Positions 19,986 to 29,403 of a stretch of 64,000 bases of DNA are shown here, piece after piece. Location: assembly GCA_002496385.1 (NCBI GenBank), contig DAJR01000049.1:198-64197 (forward strand). Direction: 5' to 3'. This DNA is from Methanomassiliicoccales archaeon UBA147. GTDB taxonomy: Archaea; Thermoplasmatota; Thermoplasmata; SG8-5. A program made the position numbers and the translations under genes. Under the pieces are notes generated by a model. The model made no database searches and was not told where the DNA came from. It worked only from the letters and a program-made list of their open reading frames with translations. The stretch's first letter is position 1, and every line of letters starts with the position of its first letter.

Positions 19986-20365
19986 GCTGTCCTCATTGTA
20001 TTTGTATTTTTGGACTTTTAGCTAAGATTAACTTATATTTAAATCTTTCGCAGCGGTTATTAATGACTAGCTGAATTTCCATAGAAAATAGCTTATATCA
20101 GTATGTTTGCGGATGTCTGGGTTAAGTATTTAAACCCGTAATCTGAATGTTTTTTATATGGCGATTACGGGCACATTGTGAATCATATAATTTCGTGATT
20201 GCTGATTCATGGCGAATTCTCTAATTGCGGAGATTTAGTTATCGAATTCACCTTTTGTATGTAAATTGTTGCGAGCTGTATGGCACTTGATTTAGTAATA
20301 GATTGTTGCCGTGCCATTGTCGAACCTCTGTTTGCGGGTTGCGATAGTCGGTTCAACGCGCGAAT

Positions 20366-21787
20366 TTATTTGGCTCTGTGGAATTCCAGGAACGCCCGGT
20401 AGGTGTAATACACATCGGCCTTGCTCGATATCTCGAAGGGAGAGTGCATGCTGATGAGCGCCGGGCCGCAGTCTATCACCTGGAGATTGTGTTCGGACAG
20501 GAACCTGGCCACAGTGCCGCCGCCGCCCTCGTCGACCTTTCCCAGTTCGGTGTACTGCCACGGAATCTTGTTCTTGTTGAGCAGCTGCCTCACCTCCCCC
20601 AGGAACTCGGCGTTCGCATCGTTCGAGCCGCCCTTGCCGCCCGCGCCTCCGAATTTGCATATTCCGATGCCCAGTCCCAATTTTGCCGCGTTGCCCAGTT
20701 CATGGACTCCCTTGAACATCGGGTCCACGCCGGCATCCACGTCCGCGGAAAGCGCGCGCGATTTCGCCAAGACCTTCTTGAGCGCCGCGTATCTGAATTT
20801 CGGGTCAAGTTTCTCCATTATCTGGATGAGGGCATATTCGAAGAAGCCGCCCTGTGCGCCCGTGGCACCGATGCTTCCCACCTCTTCCTTATCAAAGAAC
20901 AGCGCGAGCGCGGTTTTGCCGGGCCTCTGCACTTCGCAGATCGCCCTGAGCGAGGCGTAGGCGCAGACCCTGTCGTCCTGGCCGTAGCCGCCGATGAGCC
21001 CCCTGTCGAAGCCTATGTCCCTGCACCGGTATGCGGGCACCGCCTGCAACTCGGCGCTGATCAGGTCCTCCTCTATTATGCCATACTTCTTATTGAGTAT
21101 CTCTAGAATATTGGTCTTGAACTTGCTCTTCGCGTCCTTGTCCTTGGACGGCCTGCTGCCGATGATGATGCGCAATTCCTCTCCTGTGATGCCGTCGAAC
21201 AGCTTTCTCTCGCCCTGGACCTTGCGCGCCAGGTGGGGGAGAAGGTCTCCGATGACGAATATCGGGTCGTTCTCGTCCTCTCCGATGTTCACATCGATCA
21301 CCTTTCCGTCGGCGCGGACTATCACACCGTGGAGGGCCAGCGGAACGTTGACCCACTGGTATTTCTTGATGCCGCCGTAGTAATGGGTCTTGAAGAGTGC
21401 CATGTCCGAGTCAGTGTCCTCGTATAGCGGCTTCTGCTTTAGGTCCAGCCTGGGGGAGTCGATGTGGCTTCCCACGGCCTTGAGCCCCGCGGAGATCGGC
21501 TCCTGGCCGATGACTGCCAGCGCAGCGACCTTCTTCATGTTGGTGATGATTACCTTGTCTCCGGCTTTGAGCGATTTGTATGAGTCAATGGGCTTGAAGC
21601 CGTGTTTTCTTGCCAGCGATTCAATGAATGTCACAACTTCGCGCTCGGTCTTGGATTTTGTGAGGAATTCCTTGTAATCATCAGCAAAATCGTATATCTC
21701 CTTCTCAGCCTTCTTGTCCACAGCCAGCCAGGACGATTCCTGCTTGGCGGTGAGCTTGTCCTCCAGTGTCTGTTTTTTCTTTGCCAT
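20366..21787 (-). CDS. M18 family aminopeptidase
   Basis: N-terminus FADDYKEFLTKSKTEREVV, GSHIDSPRLDLK and ISMHSPFEISSKADV are typical of M18 aminopeptidase 1. Confidence 0.85.
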   Translation of the reverse strand: MAKKKQTLEDKLTAKQESSWLAVDKKAEKEIYDFADDYKEFLTKSKTEREVVTFIESLARKHGFKPIDSYKSLKAGDKVIITNMKKVAALAVIGQEPISAGLKAVGSHIDSPRLDLKQKPLYEDTDSDMALFKTHYYGGIKKYQWVNVPLALHGVIVRADGKVIDVNIGEDENDPIFVIGDLLPHLARKVQGERKLFDGITGEELRIIIGSRPSKDKDAKSKFKTNILEILNKKYGIIEEDLISAELQAVPAYRCRDIGFDRGLIGGYGQDDRVCAYASLRAICEVQRPGKTALALFFDKEEVGSIGATGAQGGFFEYALIQIMEKLDPKFRYAALKKVLAKSRALSADVDAGVDPMFKGVHELGNAAKLGLGIGICKFGGAGGKGGSNDANAEFLGEVRQLLNKNKIPWQYTELGKVDEGGGGTVARFLSEHNLQVIDCGPALISMHSPFEISSKADVYYTYRAFLEFHRAK

Positions 21788-21898
21788 TCAAAGCCCCCCA
21801 AAGGGAAAATCCGTGTGAAATTGTTAAACCTGATAGTTGATTAACATATATATCATTTCTGCCGCACCGTGTCGGGCTTATCAGGCCCCGCTTTTGAC

Positions 21899-22522
21899 CT
21901 ATGGCATAAAATGAAAATGCTGGCCAAGAATTTCTGCCACTTGTTTCTGCACACTTTCCATGGTGCCCGAGGCATCCACGATCCTCACATGCTTCGAAGC
22001 CTTGGCGATTGCCAGGTAGTTCCGCCTGACCGCCCTCAGGTTGTCCAGATTTTCGAATTTCTCAAGTTCCCCGCGCCCGTCCAATCGCTTCAACGATACC
22101 TCCGGGTCAACATCCAGCAGAAACGTAAGGTCGGGCGTCAGAATGACCGGCTCACTCACCGATGTGAGATACTGGATGTATTCTTCCGGCACCCCCCCCA
22201 ACCGCTGGTGGAGCAGGGCGGCCTGGTAGGCGATTGTGGAATCGGAATACCGGTCCGATATCACTATTTTTCCCTCCGCCATCCTTGCGCGGATCCAATC
22301 CGTATGGGTGGCCCTGTCGGCCAGGAAAAGGAAAGCCTCTGTGTATGGATTGACTTCCTCGGTGTAGCTGCGCCTCACCGCGTCGCCAAGCCAGGTATGT
22401 GTGGGCTCGGCGGTGAGCTCGACCCTGAAACCGGCCTCTGTCAATCGGCCGGCAATTAGTTTCGATAGCGTGGATTTGCCGCAGCCGTCTATGCCCTCCA
22501 GCGTTATGAAGCCGGACTTCAT
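21899..22522 (-). CDS. tmk: Thymidylate kinase
   Basis: FITLEGIDGCGKST P-loop, DRY motif (SDRYSDST) and a lid region. The start was chosen at MKSGF. Confidence 0.9.
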   Translation of the reverse strand: MKSGFITLEGIDGCGKSTLSKLIAGRLTEAGFRVELTAEPTHTWLGDAVRRSYTEEVNPYTEAFLFLADRATHTDWIRARMAEGKIVISDRYSDSTIAYQAALLHQRLGGVPEEYIQYLTSVSEPVILTPDLTFLLDVDPEVSLKRLDGRGELEKFENLDNLRAVRRNYLAIAKASKHVRIVDASGTMESVQKQVAEILGQHFHFMP

Positions 22523-22560
22523 GGGCACGTGATTGTCCCGTGGCATAATACCCTTTTCCC

Positions 22561-22710
22561 CTACTCCGTTTCAGGAACATCTTTCTCGATGACGAACGCC
22601 CCGACATAATCGCAATCCTTGCAATGGTACTTGTAGCCGGTGACCAGTCCTGCTTCGTAGTACAGGCCGGCGCTGCCGCAATGGGGGCATGTGAGGACCT
22701 TCTTCTGCAT
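22561..22710 (-). CDS. Small zinc-ribbon protein (49 aa), absent from the ORF track
   Basis: Manual translation: MQKKVLTCPHCGSAGLYYEAGLVTGYKYHCKDCDYVGAFVIEKDVPETE, with two CxxC pairs. It fills the gap upstream of tmk. The overlapping 202-aa track ORF has an implausible composition. Confidence 0.5.
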   Translation of the reverse strand: MQKKVLTCPHCGSAGLYYEAGLVTGYKYHCKDCDYVGAFVIEKDVPETE

Positions 22711-22793
22711 CGCATCGGTAAAATCATAGGCGAATTTAACACTATCCCGGGATTGGGCAAAGTTAATTTACGGGTGCCGCATGCATTTTACCC

Positions 22794-23645
22794 ATGCGTC
22801 TCATCGTCACCTCGGCCGAGGATGTCGCAAGCATGAACATCCGCGACAAGCTTCTCAAGCTGGCCGAGTGGGAAGAGACAGGGATATTTGAGGGGTCGCC
22901 GGTACTGAGCCGGGAAGATTGCGACATGGTGCTCATCAGGGACATCCATCTTCACAGGGAGCTTCTGGACGCGGATGTGGAAAAGGCCCTGGGCAAAAGG
23001 TACGATACAATGATATTTGCGTCCAGGCACAGGTCCGAATCAGGGCTTCGCACCCTTACCGTCCATGCACTGGGAAACTACGGCGCGGCTGACTTCGGCG
23101 GGCAACCGGGGAAACTGGTGCCTACCGACCCCCGTCTTATGACCAAGGCATTGCTCCTGCTGAAGAAATACGGTTCGGGGCTTGGGTTCGGCATATCGTT
23201 CGAGACGACCCATCATGGCCCATACCTTGAAACGCCGACATTTTTCATCGAGGTCGGCAGCAGCCCCGATGCCTGGCCGGAACCCGAACCGGCCAGAGCT
23301 ATTGCCAGGGTCATTCTTGATTTGGGGGGCGGGGACATTACCGGCAGCGACGCGATAGGCATAGGCTTCGGGGGCGGCCATTACGCGCCGCGGCACACCG
23401 ATGTCGTCGAGAGGGTGGGCATATCGATGGGCCACATGGTGCCGGATTATGCCATCGCGCGGGTCGACCGCGAGATGCTGGCGCAGATGATCGAAAGGAC
23501 GCCCGGGGCGAGCGTCGCCTATTTCCACAAGAAAGCCGTGAAGAACCCCCGGAAGAAGGAACTGGCGGAGATGCTTTCAGAGTTTGGGGTCCGCGTGGTG
23601 CGCTCTGCGGATTTGGAACCAAGGGCCGGCATGCAAAAATTATAA
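22794..23645 (+). CDS. dtdA: Archaeal-type D-aminoacyl-tRNA deacylase (DtdA)
   Basis: N-terminus MRLIVTSAEDVASMNIRDKLL and the SFETTHHGP block are typical of the DtdA family. Confidence 0.85.
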   Translation: MRLIVTSAEDVASMNIRDKLLKLAEWEETGIFEGSPVLSREDCDMVLIRDIHLHRELLDADVEKALGKRYDTMIFASRHRSESGLRTLTVHALGNYGAADFGGQPGKLVPTDPRLMTKALLLLKKYGSGLGFGISFETTHHGPYLETPTFFIEVGSSPDAWPEPEPARAIARVILDLGGGDITGSDAIGIGFGGGHYAPRHTDVVERVGISMGHMVPDYAIARVDREMLAQMIERTPGASVAYFHKKAVKNPRKKELAEMLSEFGVRVVRSADLEPRAGMQKL

Positions 23646-23685
23646 TAAACGCCCTACTAATCGGGTGGTCTCCTAAGGGGGGCAA

Positions 23686-24408
23686 TTGCACATGCTAAAA
23701 GAATGCAGGACACACGGATATTTCAGAGACGAGGAATGCCCTATATGCGGTGAGCAAGGCAGATTCTTGATGAACGAAGAGGAGCTTGACAAGCTGGGCA
23801 GGACCATGGCCGGCGTTCTGCGCCACTTCCCCGAGCGCTACGGTCTCAGGATGAACAAGCATGGCTGGGTGGACCTCGAGGAGTTCATAACCCAGGTCAG
23901 GGACAAGCAGAGGCGGTTCAGATGGCTCAAACCCCATCATGTGCTGGCAATCATCGACACAGACCCGAAGGGCCGGTACCAGTTCAGGGACGGTATGATA
24001 CGGGCGACTTATGCTCACTCGGTGGATGTCGAGCTGGACCTCCCCACCAGGGGAACCCCCGATGTCCTCTACTACCCGACCACCAAAGAGGAGAAGGACG
24101 TGCTTCTCGAGACCGGGCTCATGCCCTCGGACAGGAAGAAGGTGCACCTCAGCAGGACCATCGAGTCGGCCGTCATCGCCGGAAAGGTCCGCGACCCGGA
24201 GCCGCTGATATTCGAGGTCAACACCAAGGCAATGGTCGAAGCCGAGATGGTGATCATGAAAGCCGGAAACACTGTCTTCGTGGTGGATGCGGTACCCCCC
24301 GAATACCTGCGGCTGATGGAACCCGAGGAGGTCCCGGTCGTCGATGAAGAGCCGAAGATAAGGGAGAAAGAGCCCCGGAAGGAAGAACAAACCCGCCCCG
24401 AGGAATGA
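23686..24408 (+). CDS. kptA: RNA 2'-phosphotransferase (Tpt1/KptA) with an N-terminal zinc ribbon
   Basis: LGRTMAGVLRHFPERYGLRMNKHGWVDLEEFI and HLSR motifs. N-terminal CRTHGYFRDEECPICG. Confidence 0.85.
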   Translation: MHMLKECRTHGYFRDEECPICGEQGRFLMNEEELDKLGRTMAGVLRHFPERYGLRMNKHGWVDLEEFITQVRDKQRRFRWLKPHHVLAIIDTDPKGRYQFRDGMIRATYAHSVDVELDLPTRGTPDVLYYPTTKEEKDVLLETGLMPSDRKKVHLSRTIESAVIAGKVRDPEPLIFEVNTKAMVEAEMVIMKAGNTVFVVDAVPPEYLRLMEPEEVPVVDEEPKIREKEPRKEEQTRPEE

Positions 24409-24486
24409 GATATCCGGCTCGGCGCCCATCATCTTTCAGCGGCAGATATATTATTCTCAGACAGCATTCGCGATGGCGGTGGAAAA

Positions 24487-25938
24487 TTGAAGGAATACGA
24501 TGTCATCGCCATAGGCAGCGGCTCCAGCATGAACATTATTTCGGCGCTCCAGGGCTCCGACCCTGAGCTCAGGGCCGCCGTAATCGACAAGGACGACCCG
24601 GGCGGCATATGCCTTACAAGAGGGTGCATTCCCACAAAGATGCTGGTGTATCCGGCCGAACTTGTGCGCATCATCCAGGAAGCGGGTAAATTCGGCATCG
24701 ACGCGCCGATCAAGAAGATTGATTTCAAGAAAATCATGGGCCGGATGAGGTCGCATGTCCAACCTCAGATAGAGGGCATCAGGGCTGGCCTGGGCAGGTC
24801 GCCCGGCATCGATTATTATCCGGCGGTCGCGGAGTTCATAGCCCCATACACATTGAAGGTGGGCAAGGAAACCATCAAATCGAATTTCATACTTCTGTGC
24901 CTGGGCTCCGAGGTCCTGGTTCCGCCGATACCGGGTCTGGACAGAGTGAAGTACCTTACCAGCGATACCGTGCTGGGGATAGACAGGCTCCCCGATTCCA
25001 TCGCCATCATCGGCGGCGGATACATCGCTGCGGAGTACGGCCATTTCTTCTCCGCGCTCGGCTCGAAGGTCACCATCATCGGCAGGAACCCGCGGCTGCT
25101 TCCCAAAGAGGAGCCGGAGGTGTCCGAGCTCGCCCTCAAGATGATGTCGAGGCACATGGACATAGCCACAAACCAGGAAGTTATCGAGGTCCAGGGGACG
25201 CTCGCCGGCAAGAAGAAGGTCGTAGCGAAAGACCGTGCCACCGGGAGAACCTTTGCTGTCTCGGCCGATGAGGTACTCGTCGCTGTTGGGCGAGCACCCA
25301 ACACAAACATACTGCATCCCGAGAGGGCCGGAATCGAGCTGGACAGCAGGGGGTGGGTGAAGGTCGACGAATTCCTCGAGACGAGCCAGCCGGGAATATG
25401 GGCGTTCGGGGATGCGAACGGCAGGCATCTGTTCAAGCATGTGGCCAATTACGAATCCGGCATAGTGTACTACAATGCGGTGCAGAAGAAACGGGTGCCG
25501 GCGGACTACCATGCCGTGCCCCATGCAGTGTTCGCCCATCCGGAAATTGCAGGCGTGGGAATGACCGAGGCCGAGGCTGTCAAAGCCCACGGCGAGGATA
25601 AAATTCTGATCGGGCACTACAAATACGAAGACACTGCGAAGGGCATGGCCATGGGCGCGGAAGGTTATTTTGCCAAGATCATCGTCGAAGCTTCGGGAAG
25701 GAAGATACTTGGCGCCCACATAATCGGCCCGCACGCTTCCATTCTGATTCAAGAAATCGTGAACCTGATGTACACGCCTTCGGGATCAATTATTCCTGCA
25801 ACCAAAGGCATGCACATACACCCGGCCCTGAGCGAAGTTGTCGAGCGTGCCTGCCAGCGGCTCATGTCCGTTGCCCAGTACCGACACCTTCAGCAGCATG
25901 AGCGCGGAGAGGCGCATGAGGAACACCACCATCACTGA
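24487..25938 (+). CDS. FAD-dependent pyridine nucleotide-disulfide oxidoreductase (dihydrolipoamide dehydrogenase-like)
   Basis: YDVIAIGSGS FAD motif, redox-active GGICLTRGCIPTK, the NAD motif IIGGGYIAAE and a dimerisation domain. Apparent TTG start; His-rich tail HEEHHHH. Confidence 0.85.
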   Translation: MKEYDVIAIGSGSSMNIISALQGSDPELRAAVIDKDDPGGICLTRGCIPTKMLVYPAELVRIIQEAGKFGIDAPIKKIDFKKIMGRMRSHVQPQIEGIRAGLGRSPGIDYYPAVAEFIAPYTLKVGKETIKSNFILLCLGSEVLVPPIPGLDRVKYLTSDTVLGIDRLPDSIAIIGGGYIAAEYGHFFSALGSKVTIIGRNPRLLPKEEPEVSELALKMMSRHMDIATNQEVIEVQGTLAGKKKVVAKDRATGRTFAVSADEVLVAVGRAPNTNILHPERAGIELDSRGWVKVDEFLETSQPGIWAFGDANGRHLFKHVANYESGIVYYNAVQKKRVPADYHAVPHAVFAHPEIAGVGMTEAEAVKAHGEDKILIGHYKYEDTAKGMAMGAEGYFAKIIVEASGRKILGAHIIGPHASILIQEIVNLMYTPSGSIIPATKGMHIHPALSEVVERACQRLMSVAQYRHLQQHERGEAHEEHHHH

Positions 25939-25949
25939 CTGAGGATATC

Positions 25950-26429
25950 TCACAATATTGTCGCGACCAGGCTGGCTATGCTGCTAAGAAATTCCTCGTC
26001 CTCCTCGGAGAACGGCTCCAGTTCATGGGAATCAATGTCAATTTCACCGACGAAATTACCCTCCCTGAGCATGGGGACCACTATCTCTGACTGCACCTTC
26101 GGGCTGCAAGAAAGGTAATTGGTCACCTCGCACACGTTCTGAACCACGAAAATCTTCTTGGTCTCTGCGCTCTGGCCGCATATTCCCTCGCCGAAATGGA
26201 TGTTCACATGCTCGGTGGGGTCGCCCACGAACGGGCCCAGGACCAGTTCCCTATCCCTTTCCGGGTTGACAAGGTAGAACCCTACCCAGTCGTAGTAGTC
26301 CACGCCCTCCGCGAGAAGCCTGCAAATTCCTGCCATCTTCTCCGCAGCGCTGCCACGGCCCCCTATGATTCCCTCCACGCGGCCAAGCAGGTCGCCGAAC
26401 AGTTTCTTCTTGGCCTGCCTGTCCATCAT
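25950..26429 (-). CDS. GAF domain protein (free methionine-R-sulfoxide reductase-like)
   Basis: YDWVGFYLV...LVLGPFVG...HFGEGICGQ...VPM..EGNFVGEIDIDS pattern. The ATG at 26429 overlaps the upstream stop codon (ATGA). Confidence 0.8.
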   Translation of the reverse strand: MMDRQAKKKLFGDLLGRVEGIIGGRGSAAEKMAGICRLLAEGVDYYDWVGFYLVNPERDRELVLGPFVGDPTEHVNIHFGEGICGQSAETKKIFVVQNVCEVTNYLSCSPKVQSEIVVPMLREGNFVGEIDIDSHELEPFSEEDEEFLSSIASLVATIL

Positions 26430-26773
26430 GGCACTTCCCCCCGCATTTCCTCCCAGGATTTCAGTGCCCGCCTGATGTGGGGTATCGTTATCGAGCCGCC
26501 GACAACCAGCCCGATGTCCAGTACCTCGATTATTTCTGCTTCCGAGACATTTGCCTTGTGGCACTGCACCAGGTGGTAATTGATGCAATCGTCGCACCGC
26601 AGGACGAGCGAGGCCACAAGCCCCAGCATCTCCTTCTGCTTGGCCGGGAGCGCCCCGTCCTCGTAGGCCTTTCCGTCCAGGTTCAGGAAGCGTTTCATGT
26701 TGGTGTCCGCCTTCGATAACATGAGCTCGGCCAGTTTCTCCCTCTCCTTCTGAAAATCTGCAATCTCGGTCAT
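26426..26773 (-). CDS. Carboxymuconolactone decarboxylase / AhpD-like family protein
   Basis: The CDDCINYH motif matches the AhpD-core CxxC-H pattern. The ATG at 26773 is preceded by AAGGTGA. An alternative GTG at 26803 would overlap the MATE stop codon. Confidence 0.8.
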   Translation of the reverse strand: MTEIADFQKEREKLAELMLSKADTNMKRFLNLDGKAYEDGALPAKQKEMLGLVASLVLRCDDCINYHLVQCHKANVSEAEIIEVLDIGLVVGGSITIPHIRRALKSWEEMRGEVP

Positions 26774-26799
26774 CTTGTTCACCTTCAAGAGTATGGAAC

Positions 26800-28170
26800 T
26801 CACACTTTAATGGTTTTCCACGCCCCCTTCTTGAACCGCCAGCCTATGATGGCGGCCCTGACGTTGTACTCGACGACGAACGCAATCCAGGCTCCCAGTA
26901 TTCCGAGGCCCATCGTGAAGCCGAAGACGAGCGCGATGGGAAGCCGCACCGCGAACATGCCCAGCGCTGCCACGTTCAGCGGCCAGCGCGTGTCTCCCGC
27001 ACCCCTCAGGGCCCCCGAGAGCGTGAAATGAATGCCAATTGCCGGCATGGCGAGAGCCTGCAGGCGGATCCACAGGGCCGCGTATTCTATCGTGTCGGCA
27101 TTGGAGACGAAAAGCCTGGCCATCGGTTCCGCGAAAACGAACATGATGGCGCCGATGCCGCACATCACCAGCATCGAGAGCTTGGTCGATTCCCAGCCGC
27201 ATTTCTCGGCCTCCTCGGGCTTCTTGGCCCCGAGGTTCAGCCCCACGAGCGCTGTCGCCGCCATTGCGAAACCCATCCCGGGCATGAAGGCAAGCCCCTG
27301 TATCCTCGCGCCGATCTGGTGGCCTGCCAGCGCCGCAGTGCCGAAATACACTATGATTGCAGTATAGAGCAGAAATCCAATCTGGAGAACGGCCTGCTCA
27401 GCAGCGGCGGGCGTGCCAATCTTCATTATGCGGCGCACCACGCTTCTCATGTACCGTTTCCTCCTCAAAGGCATGTTGAGCATGAGCTTCCTCTTGGCCA
27501 GCAGAATAAAATAGACAGCCGCTCCGGCCATGAACCCTATCACATTGGCGATCGCTGCGCCCAACACCCCCATCTGCGGGAATCCCAGATAGCCGAATAT
27601 CAGAATGTAACCCACTGCGATGTTCACGATATTCGTTATGGCGGCCATGATCATCGGCGTCTTCATGTCGCCCGCCCCCCTCAGCGCCGCGCCCATTATG
27701 AACTCGAAGAAGCTGAAAGCAGTTCCCAGGAAAACGAATTTTATGTATATCTCCCCGAGGGCCCGGACCTCGGGCGTAGCAGGGAACATGTCTATGAGAT
27801 AGCCACCCAGGAACCACCCGGCCAGTGTCAGCGGTATTGTCAGGAGGAGGCTCAGCATTATGCTCTGTTCCATCACCCGCTCGGCCTTCTTCTTCTCTCC
27901 TGCCCCGACATGCCTGGCTATGAGGGCGATGGTTCCTGCACTAACTGCCATCATGATGGCATGGGCCAGAAATACCACTTGACTGCCCAGCCCGACGCCG
28001 GCAATGGCATCTCTGCCTGCCTCGTCCCCCAGGTTGCCGACCATGATCATGTTGACCGTGACAGTGAGGGATTGGAGCAGGTTGGTGAGGATGACCGGCC
28101 AAGTGAAGGCAAGGATCTCGCGACGCTTGGCTCCGTTGCCATTGCCGTTGCCCAGACTGAACCGTTGCAT
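26800..28170 (-). CDS. MATE family efflux transporter
   Basis: 12-TM profile and N-terminus FTWPVILTNLLQSLTVTVNMIMVGNLG. Confidence 0.85.
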   Translation of the reverse strand: MQRFSLGNGNGNGAKRREILAFTWPVILTNLLQSLTVTVNMIMVGNLGDEAGRDAIAGVGLGSQVVFLAHAIMMAVSAGTIALIARHVGAGEKKKAERVMEQSIMLSLLLTIPLTLAGWFLGGYLIDMFPATPEVRALGEIYIKFVFLGTAFSFFEFIMGAALRGAGDMKTPMIMAAITNIVNIAVGYILIFGYLGFPQMGVLGAAIANVIGFMAGAAVYFILLAKRKLMLNMPLRRKRYMRSVVRRIMKIGTPAAAEQAVLQIGFLLYTAIIVYFGTAALAGHQIGARIQGLAFMPGMGFAMAATALVGLNLGAKKPEEAEKCGWESTKLSMLVMCGIGAIMFVFAEPMARLFVSNADTIEYAALWIRLQALAMPAIGIHFTLSGALRGAGDTRWPLNVAALGMFAVRLPIALVFGFTMGLGILGAWIAFVVEYNVRAAIIGWRFKKGAWKTIKV

Positions 28171-28263
28171 GCACTTGCGGAGACAATGAGAAATATTTAA
28201 ACATATGCACGTATGTGCAAGTGTGCAAAAGTATTAATATGGCCGGCCGCATGAAGGCAAAAT
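28171..28263. promoter_or_regulatory. Divergent promoter region with a TGCAC/GTGCA operator-like palindrome
   Basis: Two TATA-like boxes (AAATATTTAAAC around 28190-28201 and AAAGTATTAATAT around 28227-28240) each lie about 25-30 nt from the flanking ATGs. Between them is TGCACgtatGTGCA (28206-28219), plus extra half-sites at 28170-28174 and 28223-28227. Confidence 0.5.
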
Positions 28264-28836
28264 ATGTCGGATGAGATCAGGGTCATAGACGACCCTAAAA
28301 TAATTAAATTGGTCACGGACGAGACCCGGAGGGCGATACTGGAAATCCTGAGGGTGAACAGGCTATCGGTCGCCCAGATGGCCAGCATCCTGGAGAAGGA
28401 CCAATCCACTGTTTACAGGCATGTCGAGAAGCTGTTGAAGGCAGGGCTCATCGAACAGGCAGGGGAGAGGAAGGACCACCACATTCCCGAGAAACTCTAT
28501 AGCAGGACCGCAAAGATTTTCTTTCTGGCGCCGGGGGTGGATTCGGTGCCCGGCAACGATGCAATGCTGAAACAATTGGCAAAATCGAGCGGGGCTGTCA
28601 CGGGAATGCTCGGCCAGATAGGGTACCCGGCAGGCGACGAGGATGCCACGAACGCGATGTTTGTCGAGATGGAGAAGGTGGTTTCCAGGAAATTAAGGGG
28701 CCTGAAACCAGACTCCACTCTGAATTTCTATACATTGTGGAAGCTCCAGACCGCAATAATCATTCTTGAGATGGACAGAGATCCAGCACTCAGGGCGAAA
28801 TTAAAGCGATTCGTCGAATCCTACCATGAAAAGTGA
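28264..28836 (+). CDS. ArsR-family winged-helix transcriptional regulator with a C-terminal extension
   Basis: ETRRAILEILRVNRLSVAQMASILEKDQSTVYRHVEKLLKAGLIE is a typical ArsR HTH. Confidence 0.75.
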   Translation: MSDEIRVIDDPKIIKLVTDETRRAILEILRVNRLSVAQMASILEKDQSTVYRHVEKLLKAGLIEQAGERKDHHIPEKLYSRTAKIFFLAPGVDSVPGNDAMLKQLAKSSGAVTGMLGQIGYPAGDEDATNAMFVEMEKVVSRKLRGLKPDSTLNFYTLWKLQTAIIILEMDRDPALRAKLKRFVESYHEK

Positions 28837-28841
28837 AACGC

Positions 28842-29345
28842 CTATTCGGGCGGCCTCAGACCCATCTCTATCTCCTTGGCTTTCACCATTGCGATGCACT
28901 GCTCCTTGGTGAGAACCCCGGATTTGTAGCCCTTGTTCAGCCATTTTTTGTAGGTCAGCAGTTCCTCGTTTGCCTTTTCCAGCTTTCCGCCCGAAAGAGG
29001 GGTCCATCTCGGCTTGGGGATAGGCGTGGACGGTGCCGGTTGGGCGGGTGTTGGCGGTGTGGCCTTTTTAACGGGTTCCGGAGGCGGGGGCGGCGATGGC
29101 GAAATCTGGGGGGGCACATCTTCGACTTGCGGCACCGGTTGCTTGGTCTCAGGGGGCACTGGAGACATCTCAGGCGTTTCCTCGGCGGCCTGCGGGTCAT
29201 TGTTATCTTTTTTGCCGAATGACGAGAAAAGCCCCTTGCTCTTCTCCTTCTTCCGCTTGCCGCGCGCCTCTATTTTTTCCAGGTCGGCATACATATCCCT
29301 AGCTGTCAAAGTCTCTTCCTCTTCTGTGGTACAATAGGCAATCAA
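28842..29345 (-). CDS. Pro-rich hypothetical protein with a SHOCT-like C-terminal motif
   Basis: Acidic/basic N-terminus, a PxP-rich low-complexity centre, and the C-terminal LTYKKWLNKGYKSGVLTKEQCIAMVKAKEIEMG. No recognised catalytic motif. Confidence 0.4.
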   Translation of the reverse strand: MIAYCTTEEEETLTARDMYADLEKIEARGKRKKEKSKGLFSSFGKKDNNDPQAAEETPEMSPVPPETKQPVPQVEDVPPQISPSPPPPPEPVKKATPPTPAQPAPSTPIPKPRWTPLSGGKLEKANEELLTYKKWLNKGYKSGVLTKEQCIAMVKAKEIEMGLRPPE

Positions 29346-29403
29346 CGATATAATCTTTATTATGTGTTAATGGGATTCACACGCAGATAATTTCCCCTAT
29401 GGC

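Noticed and set aside
19986-20365. Replication origin in the AT-rich gap.
   Set aside because: There is no adjacent orc1/cdc6 gene, and no repeated ORB-like elements could be found by eye. Only one short inverted repeat is present.
22152-22760. 202-aa track ORF spanning the tmk 5' region and the upstream gap.
   Set aside because: It overlaps tmk out of frame and has an implausible composition. The gap is better explained by the 49-aa zinc-ribbon ORF at 22561-22710.
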